From: a virus
Taxonomy: Duplodnaviria; Heunggongvirae; Uroviricota; Caudoviricetes
IMG/VR virus record: IMGVR_UViG_2513237200_000006
Strand: one strand, 5' to 3'
DNA: 33,016 nucleotides
Shown here: piece by piece, positions 1-7,602 of the stretch
Layout: each line of letters begins with the position of its first letter
Numbering within the stretch: position 1 is the stretch's first letter
Translations under genes and position numbers: made by a program
Notes under the pieces: generated by a model
Told to the model about the DNA's origin: nothing
Database searches by the model: none
The model's input: only the letters and a program-made list of their open reading frames with translations

Positions 1-318
1 ATGAAAAAGATAGCTGCTATATCATTAATTAGTATTTTTATTGTGTCTGGTTGTGCTGTGCATAATGATGAGACAAGTATCGGTAAATTTGGTCTTGCAT
101 ATAAAAGTAATATTCAGCGTAAACTCGATAACCAATACTACACCGAAGCCGAAGCTTCTTTAGCCAGGGGCAGAATATCTGGTGCAGAAAATATAGTAAA
201 AAATGATGCAGCCCATTTCTGTGTTACTCAGGGCAAAAAAATGCAGATAGTTGACCTGAAGACAGAAGGTGCAGGATTACATGGCGTCGCTCGTCTGACA
301 TTCAAATGTGGAGAGTGA
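1..318 (+). CDS. yegR: Host small protein (105 aa) with N-terminal signal/lipoprotein-like segment (…IFIVSGC…); yegR-like
   Basis: Complete 105-aa ORF outside the prophage boundary. Length and position relative to cyaR/yegQ match my recollection of the E. coli yegR-cyaR-yegQ neighbourhood. Not phage-like. Confidence 0.6.
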   Translation: MKKIAAISLISIFIVSGCAVHNDETSIGKFGLAYKSNIQRKLDNQYYTEAEASLARGRISGAENIVKNDAAHFCVTQGKKMQIVDLKTEGAGLHGVARLTFKCGE

Positions 319-475
319 GAATATTTTTTGGTAAGCGTCAAACATGCGCGTTCTGGTTGTGCTTAGCCGGAACCTGTGCGAGCACGATGCCGTTACGTGA
401 AAGGCATCGTGCTATGAAGGGAGATTCTATCGATGTGGTCAATGGAAGACGGTGACCAGGGATAGGGCTTATGCA

Positions 476-503
476 TAAAAAATAAGCCCGTGTAAGGGAG
501 ATT
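476..503. repeat. attL: attL core: 28-bp direct repeat TAAAAAATAAGCCCGTGTAAGGGAGATT
   Basis: Identical 28-mer recurs at 31483-31510. Matches the P2 27-bp att core as I recall it. Lies immediately downstream of int, as in P2 prophages. Confidence 0.85.
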
Positions 504-582
504 TAGGGTGTCACCTGTAGGGGCTTTCAACGGTACAATGCGGGTTTGAGCGGCATAAATTACCACTGAAAGCCCTTAAACG

Positions 583-1596
583 TTACTCTACTGTGGACAC
601 TGTGTGGACACTCTCGGCCTCAGTACCACCTCTTAGCGGATTAAGAGAAATGGCGTCCTGAAGGTACTCTGGCGCAAAATGAGCGTAAACCATAGTTTGC
701 TCAATCCGCGTGTGACCTAGTATCCGTTGTAGCGTGATAATACTTCCTCCATTAATCATGAAATGAGTGGCAAAGCTGTGCCTTAGTGCATGTGTGGCTT
801 GCCCCATTGGCAAATCTGGTTTTATTGCTTTCATTGTTCGTCTGAAGCGAGGGTAATCAGCATCAGGGAATAAAAAACCTCGTTTGTTATCCGCGATCAT
901 TTTGGCAACAGCCTCTGAGATCGGGACGGTGCGTGGTTTGTTTGTTTTCGTTTTAACAAACGTGACGCGGTTATGGATGATATTTTCTGCTTTCAAACGA
1001 GCTGCTTCTCCCCAACGTGCTCCTGTACTCAGGCAAAGAATCGCAATCTTTTTATTGTCGCCGTCAAGTGCTGCAAGCAGTAAGGCAATTTCTTCCTGTG
1101 TGAGATAGCCTGTTTCTGGTTTTTCCTCCTTAAGCCTCTTTGTCCCTCTGATAGGGTGCTCACCAAAGAATAACTCCGCTTCAATCAGGGCTGTAAACAT
1201 GCCGCTAATACATGTTAAATCACGATTGATACTCGAAGGTTTAATACCCTGACTTCTTCGGGTGGCGCAGTACTGGCTGATAAGGGATTTCGTGATTTGA
1301 AATGCGCATGGGTCATTCGTTATTTTTGTGAAGATTTCAATTTTTCCAAGATTAGATTTCCCATGCTCTTCGTGTTTACCCTTTAAATCCCACCAGATCT
1401 GTGTCAGTTCCGACAGACGTCGTTTGTCTGTTGGTTTTGATAGCCATTCTTTATTGTGGTGGTTGTACAACGTGTATTTTTCGAAAGCGACAGCTTCGCT
1501 TTTCTTATCAAACTTCCTACGGATGCGTTTTCCGTTACGTCCAGTAGGGCGGATGTCCACTTCATATCGACCATCATCGAGTTTTTTGATTGCCAT
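583..1596 (-). CDS. int: Tyrosine integrase (P2 Int-like, 337 aa)
   Basis: 337-aa ORF adjacent to attL. C-terminal catalytic region with …HALRHSFATH…LGH…VYAH… (R, H-x-x-R, Y motifs of tyrosine recombinases). Same length as P2 Int. GGAGGG RBS upstream of the ATG. Confidence 0.93.
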   Translation of the reverse strand: MAIKKLDDGRYEVDIRPTGRNGKRIRRKFDKKSEAVAFEKYTLYNHHNKEWLSKPTDKRRLSELTQIWWDLKGKHEEHGKSNLGKIEIFTKITNDPCAFQITKSLISQYCATRRSQGIKPSSINRDLTCISGMFTALIEAELFFGEHPIRGTKRLKEEKPETGYLTQEEIALLLAALDGDNKKIAILCLSTGARWGEAARLKAENIIHNRVTFVKTKTNKPRTVPISEAVAKMIADNKRGFLFPDADYPRFRRTMKAIKPDLPMGQATHALRHSFATHFMINGGSIITLQRILGHTRIEQTMVYAHFAPEYLQDAISLNPLRGGTEAESVHTVSTVE

Positions 1597-1711
1597 CAGA
1601 AAACCCTCCGAGTGGTACTTTTTTTTGCTACTACTAATCGCTTTTTTCGTGGTGGCTGAAATTTAGCCACCAATAGTAGGCACTTGTGATGAATATATTC
1701 ACGATAAATTG

Positions 1712-2011
1712 TTAACCAGTCTTTTGACCGGAGTGGGGCGACGTTGTTTCGTTTTGCCCAAAGTGTGCGAGAGCGGGCGCAATTTGCCCGGCTTCTGGAG
1801 CTACCTGATCAGTCATGAACCACAAAGTATATTTAGTAAATCTAGGATGTTGTAAGACCTTCATTATGGCTTCAACTCCAGCGTTTTTTGACCGGCTCTC
1901 ATAGCTCGAAAGTGAGCTGTAGGCTACACCAGTTAATTCACTGAATTCTTTACGGTTTAACCTTTCAGATTCACGGATTAGCTTCAACTTCTCCGAAACG
2001 TCTATTGACAT
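1712..2011 (-). CDS. C: Immunity repressor C (P2 C-like, 99 aa from the internal ATG at 2011)
   Basis: C-terminus …FTKYTLWFMTDQVAPEAGQIAPALAHFGQNETTSPHSGQKTG matches P2 C from memory. The ORF track's 123-aa form has a 24-aa N-terminal extension. The ATG at 2009-2011 has a GGAG RBS 6 nt upstream and gives the expected 99 aa. Transcribed divergently from cox. Confidence 0.85.
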   Translation of the reverse strand: MSIDVSEKLKLIRESERLNRKEFSELTGVAYSSLSSYESRSKNAGVEAIMKVLQHPRFTKYTLWFMTDQVAPEAGQIAPALAHFGQNETTSPHSGQKTG

Positions 2012-2132
2012 AATTACTCCGATTGCGTAATTTCTTGCTGATGGTGTGAAGCGTTGTACTTCTGGAGTTATCCTTTTAGGCAATAATTAGCCATTAGGAG
2101 CCATTAGAAGCACTAAGGGAGAATCGTAGCAG
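2012..2132. promoter_or_regulatory. Immunity switch region between C and cox: expected Pc/Pe promoters and C operator; contains tandem direct repeat AGCCATTAG (2089-2097, 2099-2107)
   Basis: Intergenic region between the divergently transcribed C and cox. Two 9-bp direct repeats spaced one helical turn apart lie just upstream of cox. By analogy with P2, C operators are direct repeats flanking Pe. Exact promoter hexamers not confidently assigned. Confidence 0.45.
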
Positions 2133-2408
2133 ATGAATAGACAGCTTGTAAGCGTGACTGATGCCGTGCCTTATCAGGAGTTTGCAAAACTCATTGGTAA
2201 AACTCCAAGAGCTGTAAGGGGCATGATTGAGAAAGGGAAATTACCAGTTATTGAGATTACTGACCCTCAGTCAGTATCGGGGCGTGCTGGTGAATATTGG
2301 GTATACCTTCCGGCATGGAATAACGGACTAAAACTGGCTTATGAAAGCCGTCCTAAAGAGATTCGTGACGGCTGGTTGATGTGGTTAGGTCTCGGTGAAC
2401 CTCGTTAA
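2133..2408 (+). CDS. cox: Cox (excisionase / early-operon repressor of Pc), 91 aa
   Basis: 91-aa ORF. Segment …GRAGEYWVYLPAWNNGLKLAYESRPKEIRDGWLMWLGLGEPR resembles P2 Cox from memory. First gene of the rightward early operon opposite C. Confidence 0.88.
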   Translation: MNRQLVSVTDAVPYQEFAKLIGKTPRAVRGMIEKGKLPVIEITDPQSVSGRAGEYWVYLPAWNNGLKLAYESRPKEIRDGWLMWLGLGEPR

Positions 2409-2418
2409 GGAGAACCGT

Positions 2419-2589
2419 ATGAATGAGCCTCGTTGTATTGCTCAGTTATTGCGTAACGAAAGCCCCAGGGCGATTGACTTCACCATCACCCACGGTAAGG
2501 GGCGTAAGGGAATCATTATCCGCACCAAAAAACAGAGTCCGTTAAAAAAGGCTCTGACCTTTCTGAAAAGCCGGAGGGTCTGGAAATGA
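2419..2589 (+). CDS. Small early-operon protein (P2 orf78-like), 56 aa from ATG 2419
   Basis: GGAG RBS at 2409-2412 precedes the internal ATG at 2419. The ORF track's start at 2395 would overlap cox. Position between cox and B as in P2. Confidence 0.5.
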   Translation: MNEPRCIAQLLRNESPRAIDFTITHGKGRKGIIIRTKKQSPLKKALTFLKSRRVWK

Positions 2590-3086
2590 CAGTGATGACG
2601 CTCAATCTCGTTGAAAAACAGCCTGCAGCTATGCGCCGGATAATTGGTAAGCATCTGGCCGTCCCTCGCTGGCAGGAGACATGCGATTATTATAATCAGA
2701 TGATGGAACGCGAACGGCTAACGGTTTGCTTCCATGCGCAGTTAAAACAGCGTCACGCAACGATGCGTTTTGAAGAAATGAACGACGTCGAACGTGAACG
2801 GCTGGTTTGTGCAATTGATGAATTGCGTGGGGCATTCTCAAAACGCCGTCGGGTTGGCGCAAGTGAGTATGCATATATTAGTTTTTTAACAGTCAGTCAG
2901 CGTCGTACTTTATTTATGCATGCCGGATTGACTGAAAAAGAATTCAACCAGCCATACTGGCGAATTAATGAAGAATCATGTTACTGGCGTGATGCTTTAT
3001 TCCGTGCATTACGTGAATTATTCAGCCTGTTTGAGTATGCACCGACAATTCTGACGTCGGTAAAACCAGAGCAATATCTGCATTAA
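2586..3086 (+). CDS. B: Replication protein B (helicase-loader-like), 166 aa
   Basis: 166 aa, the same length and position as P2 gpB. Start overlaps the stop of the preceding ORF (ATGA). Confidence 0.8.
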   Translation: MTVMTLNLVEKQPAAMRRIIGKHLAVPRWQETCDYYNQMMERERLTVCFHAQLKQRHATMRFEEMNDVERERLVCAIDELRGAFSKRRRVGASEYAYISFLTVSQRRTLFMHAGLTEKEFNQPYWRINEESCYWRDALFRALRELFSLFEYAPTILTSVKPEQYLH

Positions 3087-3149
3087 ATAATTAACCAGAG
3101 TTTTTAACGTACTTAATCGTGCGGGGCTTCTTTTTGCCTGGAGAAAGTC

Positions 3150-3374
3150 ATGCATACAGTTTCTGAAAATCAGTGCGGTAAATACGCATTACTGCTGCAA
3201 CAGGCCAGAACCGAAGCACAGGCCGACGCTGCAACGCGCTTTTCTTCTCATCTTGACGCCATGATTCGCCACATCACAAAGGCGGAGTTATCCCGCGTGG
3301 AGATAGTCGAGCTGCTCAGTCAGGAGTCGGAAAAATTTCACAATATCGGATTGTCTCGCGGGGAGGTGCTTTGA
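3150..3374 (+). CDS. Hypothetical early protein (P2 orf80-like), 74 aa
   Basis: ORF with GGAG RBS 5 nt upstream. Stop overlaps the next start (translational coupling). Confidence 0.55.
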   Translation: MHTVSENQCGKYALLLQQARTEAQADAATRFSSHLDAMIRHITKAELSRVEIVELLSQESEKFHNIGLSRGEVL

Positions 3375-3673
3375 TGTCCTGTTCTTATTCAGTTGTATTA
3401 CTGAATAACGCCTTAAAAATCGCCGTTATGGAAAATGGCGATTTGTCTCTTATTCAACTTTGTCTTGATAAAGAAAAACGCGACATAACTGAATCTGTAA
3501 TCGCGATTTATCAGAATGAATTAAACCTCCTGTCTGATGTGGTCAATTTACTTGTTAAACGCGCTGTATTCCACAAGCAAATTTCCTCAGTGGATGAACT
3601 GACAAAATTAACGACAGAACTTGCCAGTTATTGCGCTGATGTATCCAGGAAACTTAACGATAAAAGGAGCTGA
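3371..3673 (+). CDS. Hypothetical early protein (P2 orf81-like), 100 aa
   Basis: ORF coupled to its upstream and downstream neighbours. Noticeably more AT-rich than flanking genes. Confidence 0.5.
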   Translation: MMSCSYSVVLLNNALKIAVMENGDLSLIQLCLDKEKRDITESVIAIYQNELNLLSDVVNLLVKRAVFHKQISSVDELTKLTTELASYCADVSRKLNDKRS

Positions 3674-3675
3674 TA

Positions 3676-3900
3676 ATGCCGGACAACGTAGATTTTATTC
3701 AGGAACAACAGGCTGAATTACTGGAGCGTCAGATTAACGCGGCAAGGGTAAAACATTGCGGTGTTTCTGCGCTGGTTTGCGAAGAGTGTGACGCACCAAT
3801 ACCTGCTGCCCGTCGTGCGGCTTATCCGTCAGCCACGCGTTGTGTTTCCTGTCAGTCAGTCTTTGAAGCAAAAAACAAACATTACCGGAGAACGGCATGA
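3676..3900 (+). CDS. TraR/DksA-family C4 zinc-finger protein (P2 orf82-like), 74 aa
   Basis: Two CxxC pairs (C-GVSALV-C-EE-C … C-VS-C) with spacing typical of the TraR/DksA zinc finger. AGGAG RBS upstream. Confidence 0.7.
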   Translation: MPDNVDFIQEQQAELLERQINAARVKHCGVSALVCEECDAPIPAARRAAYPSATRCVSCQSVFEAKNKHYRRTA

Positions 3901-4172
3901 GTATTCGTATTGAAATTGGCGAACGTTATGTCGTTACCAGTGACAGCTTTCAGTTTATTCTCCACGAGAAAAAGAGAGCGGAAAGCGGTAAAAACGCCGG
4001 TCAGGAATGGCTGGCGGTGGTTGGTTATTACCCGAAATTAAGCCAGCTCGTTTCCGGCCTGATGCATCACGATATTCTGACCGGAAGCGCAAAGTCTTTT
4101 GCTGATTTAAACGCGCAGGTTGAGCAACTCAGCAAGCGTTGTTCAGAGGCTTTTGGCTCATATGGCCGTTAA
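3897..4172 (+). CDS. Hypothetical early protein (P2 orf83-like), 91 aa
   Basis: ORF whose start overlaps the orf82 stop. Its 3' end overlaps the start of gene A. Confidence 0.5.
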   Translation: MSIRIEIGERYVVTSDSFQFILHEKKRAESGKNAGQEWLAVVGYYPKLSQLVSGLMHHDILTGSAKSFADLNAQVEQLSKRCSEAFGSYGR

Positions 4173-6438
4173 AGCCTCCGGGCGTTTTGTCCCTCCGTCA
4201 GCATTTGCCGCAGGCACCGGTAAGGCGTTTACCGGTGCTTATGCATGGAACGCGCCACGCGAGGCTGTCGGGCGCGAAAGACCCCTTACACGTGACGAGA
4301 TGCGTCAGGTGCAAGGTGTTTTATCCACGATTAACCGCCTGCCTTACTTTTTGCGCTCGCTGTTTACTTCACGCTATGACTACATCCGGCGCAATAAAAG
4401 CCCGGTACACGGGTTTTATTTCCTCACATCCACTTTTCAGCGTCGTTTATGGCCGCGCATTGAGCGTGTGAATCAGCGCCATGAAATGAACACCGACGCG
4501 TCGTTGCTGTTTCTGGCAGAGCGTGACCAGTATGCGCGTCTGCCGGGGATGAATGACAAGGAGCTGAAAAAGTTTGCCGCCCGTATCTCATCGCAGCTTT
4601 TCATGATGTATGAGGAACTCTGCGATGCCTGGGTGGATGCGCATGGCGAAAAAGAATCGCTGTTTACGGATGAGGCGCAGGCGCATCTGTATGGTCATGT
4701 TGCTGGCGCTGCACGTGCTTTCAATATTTCCCCGCTTTACTGGAAAAAATACCGTAAAGGACAGATGACCACGAGGCAGGCATATTCTGCCATTGCCCGT
4801 CTGTTTAACGATGAGTGGTGGACTCATCAGCTTAAAGGCCAGCGTATGCGCTGGCATGAAGCGTTACTGATAGCTGTCGGGGAGGTCAATAAAGACCGTT
4901 CTCCTTATGCCAGTAAACACGCCATTCGTGATGTGCGTGCGCGCCGCCAGGCAAATCTGGAATTTCTTAAATCGTGTGACCTTGAAAATAGGGAAACCGG
5001 CGAGCGCATCGACCTTATCAGTAAGGTGATGGGCAGTATTTCTAATCCTGAAATTCGCCGGATGGAGCTGATGAACACCATTGCCGGTATTGAGCGTTAC
5101 GCCGCTGCAGAGGGTGATGTGGGGATGTTTATCACGCTGACCGCGCCGTCAAAGTATCATCCGACACGTCAGGTAGGAAAAGGCGAAAGTAAAACCGTGC
5201 AGCTTAATCACGGCTGGAACGATGAGGCATTTAATCCAAAGGATGCGCAGCGTTATCTCTGCCGTATCTGGAGCCTGATGCGCACGGCATTCAAGGATAA
5301 TGATTTACAGGTCTACGGTTTGCGTGTCGTCGAGCCACACCACGACGGAACGCCGCACTGGCATATGATGCTTTTTTGTAATCCACGCCAGCGTAACCAG
5401 ATTATCGAAATCATGCGTCGCTATGCGCTCAAAGAGGATGGCGATGAAAGAGGAGCCGCGCGAAACCGTTTTCAGGCAAAACACCTTAACCGGGGCGGTG
5501 CTGCGGGATATATCGCGAAATACATTTCAAAAAACATCGACGGCTATGCACTGGATGGTCAGCTCGATAACGACACCGGCAGGCCGCTGAAAGACACTGC
5601 AGCGGCTGTTACCGCATGGGCGTCAACGTGGCGCATCCCGCAATTTAAAACGGTTGGCCTGCCGACAATGGGGGCTTACCGTGAACTACGCAAATTGCCT
5701 CGCGGCGTCAGCATTGCTGATGAGTTTGACGAGCGCGTCGAGGCTGCACGCGCCGCCGCAGACAGTGGTGATTTTGCGTTGTATATCAGCGCGCAGGGTG
5801 GGGCAAATGTCCCGCGCGATTGTCAGACTGTCAGGGTCGCCCGTAGCCCGTCGGATGACGTTAACGAGTACGAGGAAGAGGTCGAGAGAGTGGTCGGCAT
5901 TTACGCGCCGCATCTCGGCGCGCGTCATATTCATATCACCAGAACGACGAACTGGCGCATTGTGCCGAAAGTTCCGGTCGTCGAGCCTTTGACTTTAAAA
6001 AGCGGCATCGCCGCGCCTCGGAGTCCTGTCAATAACTGTGGAAAGCTCACCGGTGGTGATACTTCGTTACCGGCTCCCACACCTTCTGAGCACGCCGCAG
6101 CAGTGCTTAATCTGGTAGATGACGGTGTTATCGAATGGAGTGACCCGGAGGTCGTGATGGTGCTCAGGGGCGCATTAAAACACGGACTGAGAACACCAAA
6201 TCGTCAGCAAAGAAACGGAATCCCGTTAAAACCGCATGAAATTGCACCATCTGCCAGACTGACCAGGTCTGAACGATTGCAAATTACCCGTATCCGCGTT
6301 GACCTCGCTCAGAACGGTATCAGGCCGCAACGATGGGAGCTTGAGGCGCTGGCGCGTGGCGCGACCGTAAATTATGACGGGAAAAAATTCACGTATCCGG
6401 TTGCTGATGAGTGGCCGGGGTTCTCGTTACCCATTTGA
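4162..6438 (+). CDS. A: Replication initiation protein A (rolling-circle nicking endonuclease), about 758 aa from ATG 4162
   Basis: Large ORF. From the internal Met the N-terminus reads MAVKASGRFVPPSAFAAGTGK…, which matches P2 gpA as I recall it. Contains …EPHHDGTPHWHMMLF… (HUH-type metal-binding motif) and …AAGYIAKYISKNIDGY… (catalytic tyrosine region). Confidence 0.9.
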   Translation: MAVKASGRFVPPSAFAAGTGKAFTGAYAWNAPREAVGRERPLTRDEMRQVQGVLSTINRLPYFLRSLFTSRYDYIRRNKSPVHGFYFLTSTFQRRLWPRIERVNQRHEMNTDASLLFLAERDQYARLPGMNDKELKKFAARISSQLFMMYEELCDAWVDAHGEKESLFTDEAQAHLYGHVAGAARAFNISPLYWKKYRKGQMTTRQAYSAIARLFNDEWWTHQLKGQRMRWHEALLIAVGEVNKDRSPYASKHAIRDVRARRQANLEFLKSCDLENRETGERIDLISKVMGSISNPEIRRMELMNTIAGIERYAAAEGDVGMFITLTAPSKYHPTRQVGKGESKTVQLNHGWNDEAFNPKDAQRYLCRIWSLMRTAFKDNDLQVYGLRVVEPHHDGTPHWHMMLFCNPRQRNQIIEIMRRYALKEDGDERGAARNRFQAKHLNRGGAAGYIAKYISKNIDGYALDGQLDNDTGRPLKDTAAAVTAWASTWRIPQFKTVGLPTMGAYRELRKLPRGVSIADEFDERVEAARAAADSGDFALYISAQGGANVPRDCQTVRVARSPSDDVNEYEEEVERVVGIYAPHLGARHIHITRTTNWRIVPKVPVVEPLTLKSGIAAPRSPVNNCGKLTGGDTSLPAPTPSEHAAAVLNLVDDGVIEWSDPEVVMVLRGALKHGLRTPNRQQRNGIPLKPHEIAPSARLTRSERLQITRIRVDLAQNGIRPQRWELEALARGATVNYDGKKFTYPVADEWPGFSLPI

Positions 6439-6653
6439 GTAAAAACACAACGTGATTTGATATGGCATTGAATGGCTTATGCGGAGCAGTTATGGGGCAG
6501 CAGAAGGTCAATAGCATGCTGAATTAGAAGGCTAAATGCTATTGAGTGACTAGCATGTCGGTAAGGACAGCCGTTTGATCCGGGTCATAAAAGGCCATCC
6601 ATTTAGTCTAATAAAATCATTGCGGGTAACCTTATGTCGACGCATAATTCGTC

Positions 6654-6668
6654 TTGAGCGAAGTCTTG
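6654..6668. repeat. 15-bp direct repeat TTGAGCGAAGTCTTG (copy 1; copy 2 at 6918-6932)
   Basis: Exact 15-mer seen twice, about 264 bp apart, bracketing the terminator and the small ORF. Confidence 0.6.
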
Positions 6669-6698
6669 TCAGTCTTTCATCGTATTGATGATGGGCGC

Positions 6699-6728
6699 AA
6701 AAAAACCACCCTGGCAGGTGGTTTTTTT
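6699..6728. terminator. Bidirectional rho-independent terminator (A7-CCACC-CTGGCA-GGTGG-T7)
   Basis: Perfect hairpin flanked by a 7-A run on one side and a 7-T run on the other. Lies downstream of gene A and of the minus-strand small ORF. Confidence 0.7.
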
Positions 6729-6740
6729 GTTTGAAGCATA

Positions 6741-6854
6741 TTAAAGCATAATGCTGACATTGATATTACTGACGTTTACTGACAAACCACTTGGACTACC
6801 GTTTGGATAGCCAAAGAGGGCCAGAACGAGAATGCAGTAATAGCATTTCTTCAT
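6741..6854 (-). CDS. Possible small hydrophobic peptide (37 aa, MKKCYYCILVLALFGYPNG…)
   Basis: ATG at 6852-6854 (minus strand) preceded by a perfect AGGAGG with 5-nt spacing. Hydrophobic N-terminal segment. Followed by the bidirectional terminator. No homology asserted. Confidence 0.3.
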   Translation of the reverse strand: MKKCYYCILVLALFGYPNGSPSGLSVNVSNINVSIML

Positions 6855-6917
6855 ATTGCCTCCTGTAAGTAGAGGGCAACTTCCACCGGTATATGCGCTT
6901 CTTAGGTGGAATGACTT

Positions 6918-6932
6918 TTGAGCGAAGTCTTG
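6918..6932. repeat. 15-bp direct repeat TTGAGCGAAGTCTTG (copy 2)
   Basis: Exact match to 6654-6668. Confidence 0.6.
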
Positions 6933-7332
6933 CCCTGAAATAATGCTCTGTTTAAACGCAAAGTGATTTGGCATATCACCGAACAGAGAGCCGGAAAAAC
7001 ACAACATATAGTATGTCGTTGTTTCTAGACATACATTCTATGTTGTGTAACAAGGGCTTTGCATTAAACATGTTTGAGATTTTATTGATGTAGCTCAAAG
7101 TAAAAAACAGAGACTACGGATGATAAGGTCTTGAAAGCAATGTAAATTTTTTAAAGTTGCCAATTGCTTAAAAATGTACAGTTGCGGTATGGCGTACTTA
7201 AAAAGCTATGCATGCAACAAGTGAATGTTTTTGCATGCGCTGGGGATGTCCGTTCAGGCTGCGTGCGGTCAGGACTGGTGCGGATCCATAGTATCTATGC
7301 AACTGCATTAAAACCGCCCCGTGAAGCGGGCG

Positions 7333-7351
7333 GGCGAGGCGGGGAAAGCAC
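7333..7351 (+). other. cos: cos: 19-nt cohesive-end sequence GGCGAGGCGGGGAAAGCAC
   Basis: Exact match to the P2 cohesive-end 19-mer as I recall it. Lies between gene A and the portal gene Q, as expected for a P2 prophage. Confidence 0.75.
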
Positions 7352-7602
7352 CGCGCTCATGCAATGTGAAAATGTAATACCGATAGACTTACCGTTTCAG
7401 AGTTAGGATGTTCATCATATTGAAGTAACATACGAGAGATTCAGCAGAGCGCAACAAGTTTGAGAAAACAGTCCATATATCTTAACCTATTAGGACTGAC
7501 GGAAAATGAAGCACTATTCTTCGTGGTTATTTAGTATAGTATTGACTTTTCAACACGATCAATGGTTTGATCAGTTCGTATGTAATTGATTAAGGAAACT
7601 CA

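Noticed and set aside
1651-1671. Hairpin GGTGGCT-GAAATTT-AGCCACC between C and int as a terminator
   Set aside because: The T-run lies on the 5' side for plus-strand reading and becomes an A-run on the 3' side for minus-strand reading, so it is not a canonical intrinsic terminator in either direction.
6741-7007. Full-length 88-aa version of the minus-strand ORF
   Set aside because: Only the 37-aa portion starting at 6854 has an RBS. The upstream extension runs through the direct repeat and hairpin region. It is kept only as a low-confidence small ORF.
7164-7406. 80-aa plus-strand ORF spanning the cos site
   Set aside because: It crosses the 19-nt cohesive end and the backbone/cargo composition boundary and has no RBS. 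Most likely a chance ORF in a GC-rich patch.
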